Shown: positions 21,820 through 33,140, numbered from the stretch's first letter. The stretch is DNA of 64,000 nucleotides from Candidatus Firestoneibacteriota bacterium (GCA_038042445.1 JBBTED010000072.1:6287-70286), one strand, 5' to 3'. Numbers and translations: made by a program. The notes: a model not told the origin generated them from the letters alone.

Positions 21820-23076
21820 TCATTTTTCTTCTATTGATAGATGTGGTGTTATCATTATTATTATTTCAAAATCAGTTTTATCTTTTCGCCTTGTAGTAAA
21901 AAGTTCACCTAAAAGTGGGATGCTTCCTAAAAATGGCACTTTGTTTTCAGTTATTCTCTCCTCATTCCTAAGTAAACCTCCAAGTATTATAGTATCACTA
22001 TCTTTTACTCTAACTGTTGTTTCTGCTTCTCTTGTTACTACACGTGGAAAATCCTTATTAGGTCCTGTAAATTCGAGAATTGAACTTACTTTTGGTTTTA
22101 TTTTTGTAGTTATATATCCATCTGCATTTATTGTTGGAGTTATTTTAAGACTTACACCAACATCTGCAGTTGCCATACTTATTGTTTCTCTATTTTGAGC
22201 ATCTATAGTTCTAATAGGATATGGAACTTTATCAAGCACATCAATTGTAGCCTCATGATTATTAATTGTAGAAATTTTAGAATTAGTAATTATATTTGCC
22301 TTTCCTTGTTGTTCAAGCATAGACAGTATTGCTTGCATTTGCAAAGGACTTTTAACAAATGTTACAGGTTGCGTTAAATTGATACCAGTTGCAGTAAATG
22401 CAACTGGTTCAGTTAAAGCTGTTCCTATTGATGTTCCCCATGAAATTCCTAAATTTTTTAATACACTTGACTCTAATTCTATAACTTTTGCCTCAAGTAT
22501 CACTTGTTTTGGTGGAATATCAATTTCTGCCAATAATTCTTCAATCTTTTCAATATTAACAGATATATCTGTAATTATTAGAGCATTTGCTGATTTATTT
22601 ATCTGTATATCTGCTTCATCAGTAACTCTGTTTTTTACATAATCTTTTGCTTCAACAGCATCTGTATATTTAAGAGATATAATTTTTGTCTGCTGACCCT
22701 TTGCAGAAAGCTTCAGCTTGTCTAAAGTCGCAACGATTAGTGTGCCTTCATATTTTTGATATGCTAAACCAGTAGTACTTATAATCATATTTATTGCTTC
22801 ATCTATAGTAACATCACGTAATTGCAGTGTAACAGTTTTACCTTTTGCCGATTCATCAGCAAACACATTCATACTAGAAGCTTCACATATAAGCCGTAAT
22901 GCATCTATAGCATCTGCCTCTCGTAAATCTACACTTATGTGATCACTCTCGGATAATTTTTTAATGGAAATTGCATTTTTAGCGGACTCTTCACTATATA
23001 CAAATGAAGGAAGCAAAATAAAAACAAATAAAACATTTAATATTTTTCTCATACTTTCAGTATTCCCTTTGGTCAT
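21820..23076 (-). CDS. pilQ: Secretin (PilQ/GspD family), short form
   Basis: QVILEAKVIE, LKITPTIN, REAETTVRVKD, LGGL, KVPFLGSIPLLGELF. Confidence 0.85.
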   Translation of the reverse strand: MTKGNTESMRKILNVLFVFILLPSFVYSEESAKNAISIKKLSESDHISVDLREADAIDALRLICEASSMNVFADESAKGKTVTLQLRDVTIDEAINMIISTTGLAYQKYEGTLIVATLDKLKLSAKGQQTKIISLKYTDAVEAKDYVKNRVTDEADIQINKSANALIITDISVNIEKIEELLAEIDIPPKQVILEAKVIELESSVLKNLGISWGTSIGTALTEPVAFTATGINLTQPVTFVKSPLQMQAILSMLEQQGKANIITNSKISTINNHEATIDVLDKVPYPIRTIDAQNRETISMATADVGVSLKITPTINADGYITTKIKPKVSSILEFTGPNKDFPRVVTREAETTVRVKDSDTIILGGLLRNEERITENKVPFLGSIPLLGELFTTRRKDKTDFEIIIMITPHLSIEEK

Positions 23077-24011
23077 TGCTCACTCGTCAATCTCAAAACC
23101 ATTTCTTTGTCATTTCGCAATAATATTACTTTATCACTCATAATTTCTTTTACAAAATACTCTCCTTTTATTTTATCACCTTTTCGCACAATATATCCAT
23201 TAGTCCCTTCCGCTATAAGCGCTAATTTTTCTTTTTTCTCTTCCAGCACACCAACAAGACAAAAAATTCCAGAAATTTTTTGTGGTCCTTTAGATTCTGA
23301 TTCAAAAGAAATAGGTTCAAATGGATCATCTTTACCAAAATTTTCTGGGGATTTTTCTTCATTTAAAACTATATCCTTTATATTCTTTGTCATCATTGGA
23401 ATCACACTAACAATAAATGATGCTTCAAGATATGGATAAGTTTCTTTTTTCCCTTTTAGACAAAAACTCTGCAACTTTGTCAATCTCTCATAATTCTCAA
23501 TATTTTTTAAAAACTCTATTATGGAATTATAAGTGCCTTTGGCTTTTATATCTATAGGATATTCTTCCAAAACAAAATCTGTACTTGATATCACTTCTGG
23601 CAAATTAACAGATCTTTTTGGAAGAGATTGTAAAGATAAAATATCGTTATTTGCATCTTCAAAGCAATTGGCCATATCTGCAAGAAAAATTGGATATTCA
23701 TTTGAATTATCTAATATGTTCGTTCTATTGTTATTCTCTGATTCATATTTTGTATTTTGAACTTCGTATTTTTCTTTAACTAAATAAACCATTTTTAGTT
23801 TATCTTTTTTGGAATGTAACAAAGTAGTAGAATCCTTATATTCACGTTTTAGTTGTTTAATTTTATTTATTTTGGGAGATATGAACTGAAAATACATTGT
23901 TGTGCCTACAAACACAAAAAATCCAGTTATTAAATAAACCACCTGTTTAATAGTCAACTTTTGTAAAATCATACCTGACTTATCTAAAATTTTACTTATA
24001 TTTGCATCCAT
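23073..24011 (-). CDS. PilO-like protein with PilP-like C-terminal domain
   Basis: TM, coiled coil, PIDIKAKGTYNSIIEFL (PilO), then DPFEP ... LVGVL ... ALI ... YIVRKGDKI (PilP-like). Confidence 0.7.
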   Translation of the reverse strand: MDANISKILDKSGMILQKLTIKQVVYLITGFFVFVGTTMYFQFISPKINKIKQLKREYKDSTTLLHSKKDKLKMVYLVKEKYEVQNTKYESENNNRTNILDNSNEYPIFLADMANCFEDANNDILSLQSLPKRSVNLPEVISSTDFVLEEYPIDIKAKGTYNSIIEFLKNIENYERLTKLQSFCLKGKKETYPYLEASFIVSVIPMMTKNIKDIVLNEEKSPENFGKDDPFEPISFESESKGPQKISGIFCLVGVLEEKKEKLALIAEGTNGYIVRKGDKIKGEYFVKEIMSDKVILLRNDKEMVLRLTSEQ

Positions 24012-24016
24012 TTTTG

Positions 24017-25630
24017 TTAATTTCTGCTATATCCTGTTAAAACAAACTTTATTAGCCATTTATCTTTCGTTTTCACAATTGCTGTACTTTGCAAACTAAA
24101 ATCCTTAAAACAAACTGAAGTATTTAGCGATTTTATGAATTCAATTATGCTATCGGCAAATACTGCTGTTCCATTAAATGTTATAAGTTTACCTTCGGCT
24201 ACAGTTAATTCATTTAGCCAAACGTCTTTTGGAATTCTCAATTTTAGTTCATCTAAGTTTTTTGACCATGAAACCATTACAGATTTTGTCTTTATTAATT
24301 CTTCAGTTTTATATTTTTCTTCTACACCTGTTATTTTCCCTTCATATTCTGCCAATGGGAACAATGCATTATCTATTTTTTTGATTTCAACAGTTAATTT
24401 GTTTAGTTCCGATTTTGCAATATCTATTTTTTTTGCAAAGTATACATTTGCACTAATAACTAATGCCAACATTAAACTTGCTACTCCCCAAAAAATTGGG
24501 AGAATATGTGATTTGAGTAAATCCTTTAATTGTTTTTCAGGAAGCAAGTTCACACTATTTTTTTCTTTACAATTGGACATTGCAAGTCCTATCACAGAAG
24601 TTAAAGACGTAGACATCCTATTTAAATACTCTGCTGAAAAATCTTCTTTATTATATGTTATGAAATTTAGTGGATTATAAACTTCAACCTCAACTCCAAG
24701 TTGTTTAGATAAGAACTTGTCAAAATTAATTAAGGCGGAAATATCCGCTGATAAAATTATTTTTCCATCCCAGTCTAATTTTAAGCTTTTTGAATAACCA
24801 AAGCTTTTCTGAATTTCATTTATTAATTCTGTCAACCTTTGTGGTACGTTTTTAACAGAAGTAATATCATTAGCTCCAGTTATTTCAATAATACTATTTG
24901 AACCTATATCAATATTTTGTATAGAACATATGGTTCCACCATTCCTTCCAATCATCACACTCTTTCCTTTAGTTATAGTTACATAAGTAGTTCTTTCACC
25001 AATACATACAACTATTGTTCCTGCATTTTCAGGCAGTTCTGCTTGCTTGGGTTTAAGGCATCGCAAAATAGCAAGAGGCAAAATATCCACTGCTACAAGT
25101 TTCAGATGTCTGGCTTTGGAAAAACTACTTACTATTAAAATCTCTTCAAGCATTTTTTTTAGAATATTTACTGCTTCATATTCTACTGCTGCCCATAAAA
25201 CATTGACTCTTTGAACACCTGCTTCTATTATTTTTTCAAGACTTTGAAGCCCAACTATTACTCTTTTTCCTGCAAATACTGCATAGTGAGATGCTTCTCC
25301 CTTTACAACCTCTTTCATCTCTTCATTTGGCATTAACGGCAACTTAATCATTTGCGTCAACACCTGCTTGCCTTCTATTGCAATAGCAACTTTTGTAGAA
25401 CGTATACCATTTTGTAAAAACATTTCATTTATTGCCTTTGCAATTTCATCAGGAGATTTAATAATACCATCAATTATTGCATTTTTGGGGGTTTTGATAA
25501 CTGCTAATTTTTTAAGGAAAAATTCGGGATTTGTTATGCCATGTGAATCTGTCTTTGATACGGTTTTTTTAATTTCAACAGCTTTGATTAAATTAGTGCC
25601 TATTTCTAAACCTATAATTGTCTCTGGCAT
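24017..25630 (-). CDS. PilM-PilN fusion protein
   Basis: IGLEIGTNLIKAVE (PilM), NLLP + TM + IPKDVWLNEL ... FNGTA (PilN). Confidence 0.8.
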   Translation of the reverse strand: MPETIIGLEIGTNLIKAVEIKKTVSKTDSHGITNPEFFLKKLAVIKTPKNAIIDGIIKSPDEIAKAINEMFLQNGIRSTKVAIAIEGKQVLTQMIKLPLMPNEEMKEVVKGEASHYAVFAGKRVIVGLQSLEKIIEAGVQRVNVLWAAVEYEAVNILKKMLEEILIVSSFSKARHLKLVAVDILPLAILRCLKPKQAELPENAGTIVVCIGERTTYVTITKGKSVMIGRNGGTICSIQNIDIGSNSIIEITGANDITSVKNVPQRLTELINEIQKSFGYSKSLKLDWDGKIILSADISALINFDKFLSKQLGVEVEVYNPLNFITYNKEDFSAEYLNRMSTSLTSVIGLAMSNCKEKNSVNLLPEKQLKDLLKSHILPIFWGVASLMLALVISANVYFAKKIDIAKSELNKLTVEIKKIDNALFPLAEYEGKITGVEEKYKTEELIKTKSVMVSWSKNLDELKLRIPKDVWLNELTVAEGKLITFNGTAVFADSIIEFIKSLNTSVCFKDFSLQSTAIVKTKDKWLIKFVLTGYSRN

Positions 25631-25745
25631 AAATATATTAAATAATGGCAGGTATTATCTGTAATTCAGACAGTAGACTTCAGACTTTTCTATGTAAAAA
25701 ATTAGCCTATGGAGTGTCCTCACTTCCTGACTCCGTTATCATCCC

Positions 25746-26687
<942 letters not shown>

Positions 26688-26737
26688 GTGAAAATTATAG
26701 CATTTTTTTATTTTTTAATCTATAGTGACTTAGATAA

Positions 26738-27051
26738 TTATCTTCGCTTTTTGAACCATTCTGATGATGCCTTTTGAAATAAAAATATCAAGGCGATGAT
26801 TTCCAGAATTGTTTGAGAGATGCCCAAAAAACCAGAGAAAAGATTGGCCACAAGTGATTGTAAGAGAAGCATGATAAAAAATGGAAATCCGACTATATAG
26901 AGCACAAGAAAAATGATACGAGCCCACTCCTTACCCTATGGCTAAAGGTGCCGACATTGTTAAACGGTTCCGTTCCAATAAAACTACGCAGAAAACCTAT
27001 GCCAGGAGTAAGATAAAGCAATTTGATAGCTATTGTGACGCGTTTAGGTCG
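26738..27051 (-). pseudogene. Frameshifted remnant of a hypothetical multi-TM membrane protein
   Basis: One frame gives RPKRVTIAIKLLYLTPGIGFLRS; another gives GKEWARIIFLVLYIVGFPFFIMLLLQSLVANLFSGFLGISQTILEIIALIFLFQKASSEWFKKRR*. Confidence 0.6.
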
Positions 27052-27091
27052 GACGAAATTCAACGTAGCAGATTCGCCGAAGTGAATAAAT

Positions 27092-27123
27092 AAGGGATGT
27101 AAGTTTATCAATTTACACCCCTT
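27092..27123 (-). terminator. Probable intrinsic terminator after the lipoprotein gene
   Basis: AAGGGGTGTAAAT-TGAT-AAACTTACATCCCTT followed by ATTTATT on minus. Confidence 0.55.
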
Positions 27124-27144
27124 TAGTTTATGTTATTTAAAAAA

Positions 27145-28104
27145 TTAACTTCTTGCCCAACGTTTGTCACCTTCTGTAAAAGTATATTGCGTGGCATAAT
27201 TTTCTTTTGCTAATGTGTAATAGCCTGTGCCATCACCATTTAAGTGAACTTTAGCAATTATTCCAGCACTGTCAGAAACAGTTCCATCACCTGTGTGGTA
27301 TCCATAAGTAGTGCTGTTTATGTCATTATCCCTGACTAAATCAAAATGAGCGGTTTTTCCACCAGAACCTGTATAATCAACAGTCATCTGATGCAACCAC
27401 CTTCCATCAGCAATAAAAGCATCTATTCCTTTGATAACTGCGGTCCCTACCCAATTTGTAGCAATATGTGTAATTGTTACAGTAACAGTCACTCCATTTG
27501 CCAAAGATGTCCATGGATAACTTGTAGTATCAAATTTACTGTCAATTGAAAATTCTGCTTTGCGTTTAGCATCTTCCCCATTTATTACATCTATTATATT
27601 AATTGGTTGAGTAACAGGACGAATACGAGTTCCTAATAACCAAGCTCCAGCAATATCCTTATTGTTTGCATCAATAGCTTTGGTTTTTGCAGTTAAAGTT
27701 GTTGCCCAATCCCAACGTGGATGCCTGTTTTTAAATTCTGTGATATCACTTACTGTGTAAAACAAATCTGCATCAGGTGTAGTATTGAAATCATCTTGTC
27801 CTAATCCAAAAGGACCTTTAGAAATAACCGGAGCACCATAAGCAGGCGCACTTGAAACACCCAAAAAACTATTGGTTCCAGATGACCCTGCAATTGCATT
27901 AAGTGTATCAGTAGTCACTGTATTAGCAACTGTTGATGGGCTACTTGTATCACTTCCTGTAGATTCAACATCTGCAACAGTAGGATTAACAGCTAATTCA
28001 GGAGTCATAACACTGGACTTTTGCTTACTTGCGCAACCATACATTCCCAGACTGGCTATCAGTATTATCAAAACTAACCAGTTCTTTTTGTTTACTTTAC
28101 TCAT
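27145..28104 (-). CDS. Lipoprotein of unknown function
   Basis: Lipobox-like MYG-C, S/T-rich linker, beta-rich body; GAGGAGG RBS. Confidence 0.75.
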   Translation of the reverse strand: MSKVNKKNWLVLIILIASLGMYGCASKQKSSVMTPELAVNPTVADVESTGSDTSSPSTVANTVTTDTLNAIAGSSGTNSFLGVSSAPAYGAPVISKGPFGLGQDDFNTTPDADLFYTVSDITEFKNRHPRWDWATTLTAKTKAIDANNKDIAGAWLLGTRIRPVTQPINIIDVINGEDAKRKAEFSIDSKFDTTSYPWTSLANGVTVTVTITHIATNWVGTAVIKGIDAFIADGRWLHQMTVDYTGSGGKTAHFDLVRDNDINSTTYGYHTGDGTVSDSAGIIAKVHLNGDGTGYYTLAKENYATQYTFTEGDKRWARS

Positions 28105-28129
28105 ATTTCTTACCCTCCTCTTATTTATT

Positions 28130-28984
28130 TCATATTTGAAATAAATAACTTATACCACCAATAACTTTAAAATTATACGTCTGATTTGTAACAGGACCAA
28201 CTGGAATAGCAACACCTAATTTGGTTTTTAAACTACCTGTTTTTAACCTGATACCTGGAATAATATCAAACGTTCTACCTCCTGTTCCAGATTGAACATT
28301 TTCGTCAATCTTGAAATCATTATATTTAGTTCCATAAGCTTCACATAATATTGTAAATTCCGAAGCAGATTTATATTCTATCTCAGCTCCATACTCAAGT
28401 ATTCCACCAGGTGTAACTTTAGCATCATTAGTATTTGTATATTTAGATTTGCCTTTATATCCTATATTAACTGTAAGATTAATTACCTTTGATATAGATT
28501 TAGTTATTATACCTAAGCCTTCCCAATTAAAACCTTCTCCAAGACTTCCACTTTCACGCAATACTTTTTTAGGGTTACCTGTTGGTAAATCTAAATTTAT
28601 AGCCATAGCAACTGCAGGAGCTTCATCACTATCTTCAACAAAATTATATTTTGCACCTATAACTATTGCACCTAATCCATTAACTTTATTGTCATCTAAA
28701 CCAGTAGTACTTCCAGATAATACTTTAAAAGGAATGATACATTTTAACTCTGTTTTTTCATCAATTCCATATTTTATAAATAATGGAACAACTAATTCTT
28801 TACGAACATATTCAGTATTTGCCACCTCTGCAACTGTCCACGAATAATACCCAAAATGGACATCAATTCCAGTTTCCATATTATCTTTTTCTAAAACATT
28901 TTGTGCCTGTTCAAGAGTCAAAGGCTCTGCATATAAAAAACTTACTGTAATTACAGACAAAAACAAACTGATTAAAATCTTCAT
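28130..28984 (-). CDS. Outer-membrane beta-barrel (MetA-pathway/'transporter' family-like)
   Basis: Signal peptide, GLGAIVIGAKY, LDLPTG, alternating beta strands, C-terminal YLF. Confidence 0.7.
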   Translation of the reverse strand: MKILISLFLSVITVSFLYAEPLTLEQAQNVLEKDNMETGIDVHFGYYSWTVAEVANTEYVRKELVVPLFIKYGIDEKTELKCIIPFKVLSGSTTGLDDNKVNGLGAIVIGAKYNFVEDSDEAPAVAMAINLDLPTGNPKKVLRESGSLGEGFNWEGLGIITKSISKVINLTVNIGYKGKSKYTNTNDAKVTPGGILEYGAEIEYKSASEFTILCEAYGTKYNDFKIDENVQSGTGGRTFDIIPGIRLKTGSLKTKLGVAIPVGPVTNQTYNFKVIGGISYLFQI

Positions 28985-29110
28985 TTCACCCTCCTTAAGA
29001 TTCTCACTAATAATTAGTATTAGGAGATATCTAATCTATTAGACTGATTATATGCAAAAAGGTTTACATTTGACAATGTGAGTTTTTTAACGTTAAGAAA
29101 TTAACATTGT

Positions 29111-29212
29111 TGTCATTCCTGCATGCAATAGGTCAGGCATCTTGCCTGACAAATGACGGGAATCCAGTGTCTTTAAAACATTAATAATCGTAGGGGCGGG
29201 TTTACCCGCCCC
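29111..29212. repeat. Nested TGTCAT-type/GTAG-type repeats plus a GTAG-type REP
   Basis: tgtcattcctgcatgcaa[taggtcaggcatcttgcctgac]aaatgacgggaatccag; gtaggggcgggtttacccgcccc. Confidence 0.75.
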
Positions 29213-29251
29213 AAAACAATCGATAAAGTACGTGATTTACTGATCTTTTAC

Positions 29252-30082
29252 CTATACTTTTATATGTTGGATAACTTTATTCATAAGAAGTGTAAGTTTT
29301 GGCTCTGCGGTTTCTGCTGTTTTTATTATAGAAGTAATATCCGCAGGTTTTAAACAATCAGGTAGACATTCATCTGTTATAACAGAAATACCAAGCACTT
29401 TTAAACCACAATGCACAGCTACTACTACTTCCGGAACAGTAGACATACCAACTGCATCAGCTCCAATTAATCTTAAAAATCTGTATTCTGCAGCAGTTTC
29501 CAAACTTGGACCTGTAACTCCTACATAAACTCCTTTGTGGTATTTAATTTTGTTTTCAATTGCTATTTTTTCTGCAAGTTTTAATAATTCTTTACTGTAT
29601 GGCTCACACATATCAGGATAACGTGGGCCAAGCTTTTCATCGTTATGTCCAATAAGCGGATTGTCCCACATTAGCAAACTTATATGATCAGAAATTATCA
29701 TTAAATCTCCGGGAGTGTATTGCGGATTTAAACCACCAGCGGCATTTGAAACAATTAAATATTTTGTACCAAGTGCACGCATTACTCTAACTGGAAAAGT
29801 TATTTGCTTCATATCATAGCCTTCATATATGTGAAATCTACCTTGCATTGCAACTACCTTTTTATCTCCAATTTTTCCAAAAACTAATTTACCTGCATGT
29901 GTTTCAACAGTAGAAATTGGAAAATGTGGAATCTCACCATAAGGAATACTTACCTTGTTTTTAATTTCATTTGCCAAAGCACCAAGCCCAGTGCCAAGAA
30001 TAATTGCTATATCCGGTTTTACTTTTACTTTATTATTGATTACATCTACAGCCAACTTTATATTTTCATGAAGATCTGACAT
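29252..30082 (-). CDS. punA: Purine-nucleoside phosphorylase (trimeric PNP I type)
   Basis: IILGTGLG, GRFHIYEG, NAAGG, GPSLETAAE, GMSTVPE. Confidence 0.92.
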   Translation of the reverse strand: MSDLHENIKLAVDVINNKVKVKPDIAIILGTGLGALANEIKNKVSIPYGEIPHFPISTVETHAGKLVFGKIGDKKVVAMQGRFHIYEGYDMKQITFPVRVMRALGTKYLIVSNAAGGLNPQYTPGDLMIISDHISLLMWDNPLIGHNDEKLGPRYPDMCEPYSKELLKLAEKIAIENKIKYHKGVYVGVTGPSLETAAEYRFLRLIGADAVGMSTVPEVVVAVHCGLKVLGISVITDECLPDCLKPADITSIIKTAETAEPKLTLLMNKVIQHIKV

Positions 30083-30153
30083 TTTTTTCCCTCCTTTAGG
30101 AATTAAAACAACATTAACTAATTATTATTCATACTATCAAATTCTAAATAAAT

Positions 30154-31317
30154 CTACAAATGTTTATTCAAAATAGTTTTTAGATAATTTTGCCAGCCAA
30201 TAATCTCTACACCTTCCAAAGTGTAGGGCTGATCACAATTACAAACAATATAACAGGAAACGTTTTTGTTTTCTGATTTGAATGAACGTAATCCAGATAA
30301 ATGTGCTCCCGTAATAGTTTTACTTTTTTTAATCTCAATAGCAGCTACAATAGTTTTGTTCTTTACTAATAACAAATCAACTTCAGCTCCTGTATTAGTC
30401 TGCCAAAAAAACATTTGTGTTTCACTCTCAGCATAAACTAACGAACGATATGTTTCTTGTATAATAAATTGTTCAAATAATCTTCCTTGCAAAAAAGGGT
30501 CGGAAATAGAAGACAGATATTTATTAATAGCATTGGTTACACCATTATCAAATAAATAAAATTTTGGGTGACCAGCAAGTCGTTTCCGAATACTTTTACG
30601 CCATGGTTCAAGTTTGAATCCCAGCAATGTATCTTCTAAAATTTCATAATACGATTTAACTGTCATAATCGGAAGTTGACATTCGCGAGCTATATTACTG
30701 AAACTGATAATTTCTCCAAACTGACTGGCAGCCATATCAAGAAATCTGGAAAAAGCCCCCAAATTCCGAACAATACTTTCGGATTGTATTTCTTGACGCA
30801 AATATATATCGCAATAACTTTTAAGAGCGTCTTTTTTATCTGAAACATTTTTTTGATTAAATATGTAAGGAATAGAACCAAAATGCAGTATTTCTGATAA
30901 ATCCATATATTCCTTAATTTCATTCCAGATAAAAGGAAAAAGAAAACGTTGAACTACCCTGCCACCCAGCAGATTAGCTCCTCCACGTTTAAGTTTACGA
31001 CAACTTGAACCTGTTAAAATAAACTTTATTCTGTAATTATCAATAAGATATTGAACCTCATTTAATAGAATTGGAATTCTTTGAATTTCATCAATAAATA
31101 CAGTTTCAATTTCTTTGGTTTTTATCTTTTTTTCGACTTCATACCTAAAAAGACTTGGTTCTTTTGAATATTTGAAAAATTGATCATTCAAAAGAAGATT
31201 AAGGCTATAAACCTTTTTTGTAAATAATTGTTGTATTAACGTTGTTTTCCCAGTCTGTCGTGGACCAAACAGAAAGAAAGAACGATTTTTTGGTAGCTTA
31301 ATTTGTCGCTTAACCAT
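30154..31317 (-). CDS. AAA_14 ATPase with DUF4143/PD-(D/E)xK C-terminus
   Basis: GPRQTGKT, FIDEIQR, LTGSS, PKFYLFDNG, EVDL..AIEIK. Confidence 0.9.
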   Translation of the reverse strand: MVKRQIKLPKNRSFFLFGPRQTGKTTLIQQLFTKKVYSLNLLLNDQFFKYSKEPSLFRYEVEKKIKTKEIETVFIDEIQRIPILLNEVQYLIDNYRIKFILTGSSCRKLKRGGANLLGGRVVQRFLFPFIWNEIKEYMDLSEILHFGSIPYIFNQKNVSDKKDALKSYCDIYLRQEIQSESIVRNLGAFSRFLDMAASQFGEIISFSNIARECQLPIMTVKSYYEILEDTLLGFKLEPWRKSIRKRLAGHPKFYLFDNGVTNAINKYLSSISDPFLQGRLFEQFIIQETYRSLVYAESETQMFFWQTNTGAEVDLLLVKNKTIVAAIEIKKSKTITGAHLSGLRSFKSENKNVSCYIVCNCDQPYTLEGVEIIGWQNYLKTILNKHL

Positions 31318-31371
31318 GATGTAAAATTGTAATACACTTTTACATGATTGTAAAGAATAATCTTGTTACGA

Positions 31372-31461
31372 AATTCAGGGGGCACAACACTTATTTTTAT
31401 TCTTTCTCTATAGTTTTTTGGCTTGATTATGCTGATGAATTAAGTATTGTATCCCCAAAAT
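31372..31461. mobile_element. Degenerate MITE-like element with about 24 bp terminal inverted repeats
   Basis: aattcagggggcacaacacttattt ... aattaagtattgtatccccaaaat. Confidence 0.55.
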
Positions 31462-31503
31462 ACATTACCTATTAAATTACCTAATTAAACTGTTATTACC
31501 TAA

Positions 31504-31868
31504 TTAAACATTTTTCCACTGTGCATATTTACCACGGACAAGACATTTCACTTTTTTGTTTGCTTGCATCTGTTTCAAAATATGCCTTACCATATCTATG
31601 CTTACCCCGGGACATTGTCTTTGAATATTTGCAACAGTAAATGGTGCTTTTTGCTGTTTTATCACAGAACATACAATCTCTGTTTTCGTTCCCATGAGTT
31701 CTTTTACTTCTCCAACTCGTTCCTTAAATTCTTTATATGCTGAATTTAATATAAACAGAATAAAATTAATATATGGCCATGGATTATGTTTACTTTTATG
31801 CCATTGGTAAGAACTTTCTTCAAGTGTTTCGCAGTATCTTTCTTTATTAATTTCTATCAAACGTTCAA
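31504..31868 (-). pseudogene. C-terminal fragment of a Fic-family protein
   Basis: ERLIEINKERY.ETLE.SS..WH...HNPWPY plus HTH tail; catalytic HPFxxGNGR region absent. Confidence 0.65.
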
Positions 31869-31992
31869 TTTCAATTCTTCAGAAAATAGATTTTTTCATG
31901 GCAGAAATGTTATTCCAGATATTATATAAGGTTTTTCAGTATTGCAAACACATAAAGGTTTTACATTGGGAAACTCCACAATAAAATCTTCC

Positions 31993-32048
31993 ACTATTTT
32001 TATTTCTTCTTCTATTAAACTGTATAATTTATAAACCATTTGGTCAAT
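31993..32048 (-). repeat. 56 bp direct-repeat copy of the methyltransferase 3' end (35207-35262)
   Basis: 52/56 identical; encodes IDQMVYKLYSLIEEEIKIV versus IDQMVYELYGLTEEEIKIV. Confidence 0.9.
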
Positions 32049-33140
32049 CTATTCCTCCAATTTATTTACTTTCCTGTTACCACTTATAAAATGTTCTCGT
32101 GCTATTTTAATAGCTTGCCGCAACTTCTTTTCTAATATTTCACGCGGTGGTAATTCTGTCAAATATTGAGCAACACGGATACCACTTTTGCCTAATTCAA
32201 GAAGTTCAATCTGCTCATCGGATTTACCTGCACATAAAATTAACCCCAACGGATGTTTTTCACTTACCTTGCGTTCATATTTATCAATCCAACGCAAATA
32301 GAGTTCCATTTGCCCTTTATATTCAGCTTTAAATTTACCAAGTTTTAGTTCAATAGCGATTAGACGACGCAGATTACGATGATAAAAAAGCAAATCTAAA
32401 TAATAATCTTCTTTGTCAATTGTTATTCGCTTTTGCCGTGCAACAAATGAAAAGCCTGTACCTAATTCTAAAATAAATGCTTCCAATTCCCTCAGTATAG
32501 AAGTTTCAATATCTTTTTCCTGATAAGCACCTTTAAGTCCAAGAAAATCAAGAAAATAAGGGTCACGAAAGATAAGGTCTGGCGTAAGTTTATCTTCTTC
32601 CCTAAGATTAGCCAGTTCAATTTTAACAAGTTTTTCAGGTCTCTTTGAAATCGCTGTCCGTTCAAACAACATACTGTCAATCTTTTTTGCTAATGTTCGT
32701 GTACTCCAATTTTCAATTCGGCACATTTCCGCATAAAAGTCACGCACAAGTGAATCATCGATATAAATAATCTGTCGGAAATGAGTCCAGCTCAATTGTC
32801 TACTCAGTGCGGAGACAATTTGTATATCTGGAAAAACTTCCGCAAAGCGTACCATATGCCGAAGGTTTTTATCTGAAAATCCTTCACCGTATTCTGCAAC
32901 TAACTGTTGTGATAGTGTTATAACAATCTGCGCTCCATACTCAGCACGTTTTTCTTTGAGAATTTCTTCCTGAATCCTTTTCCCAATACGCCAATACAAT
33001 AATGTCAATTCAGTATTAACAATTGTTGCCACTCGTCCACGAGTAGATTCAATCAAACCTCGTATATCCTCAACGATTATTTTTAAATTTGACACTGAAA
33101 CAACCAAAAGTCCTGTGTTTTTATTTTTTCTCTTTTTCAT
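32049..33140 (-). CDS. YhcG/DUF1016 PD-(D/E)xK nuclease-domain protein
   Basis: LYWRIG, LSWTH, RDPYFLDFL, ELGTGFSFVARQKR, DLLFYHR, IELK. Confidence 0.92.
   Translation of the reverse strand: MKKRKNKNTGLLVVSVSNLKIIVEDIRGLIESTRGRVATIVNTELTLLYWRIGKRIQEEILKEKRAEYGAQIVITLSQQLVAEYGEGFSDKNLRHMVRFAEVFPDIQIVSALSRQLSWTHFRQIIYIDDSLVRDFYAEMCRIENWSTRTLAKKIDSMLFERTAISKRPEKLVKIELANLREEDKLTPDLIFRDPYFLDFLGLKGAYQEKDIETSILRELEAFILELGTGFSFVARQKRITIDKEDYYLDLLFYHRNLRRLIAIELKLGKFKAEYKGQMELYLRWIDKYERKVSEKHPLGLILCAGKSDEQIELLELGKSGIRVAQYLTELPPREILEKKLRQAIKIAREHFISGNRKVNKLEE

Noticed and set aside
26888..27052. Long imperfect hairpin with central bubble resembling 6S RNA (TCCGAC/GTCGGA, CACAA/TTGTG, CTTAC..GGC..AGGT/ACCT..GCC..GTAAG)
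   Set aside because: The opposite strand reads as a frameshifted membrane-protein gene across the same bases and the helices are short. An Infernal search with the 6S model would settle it.
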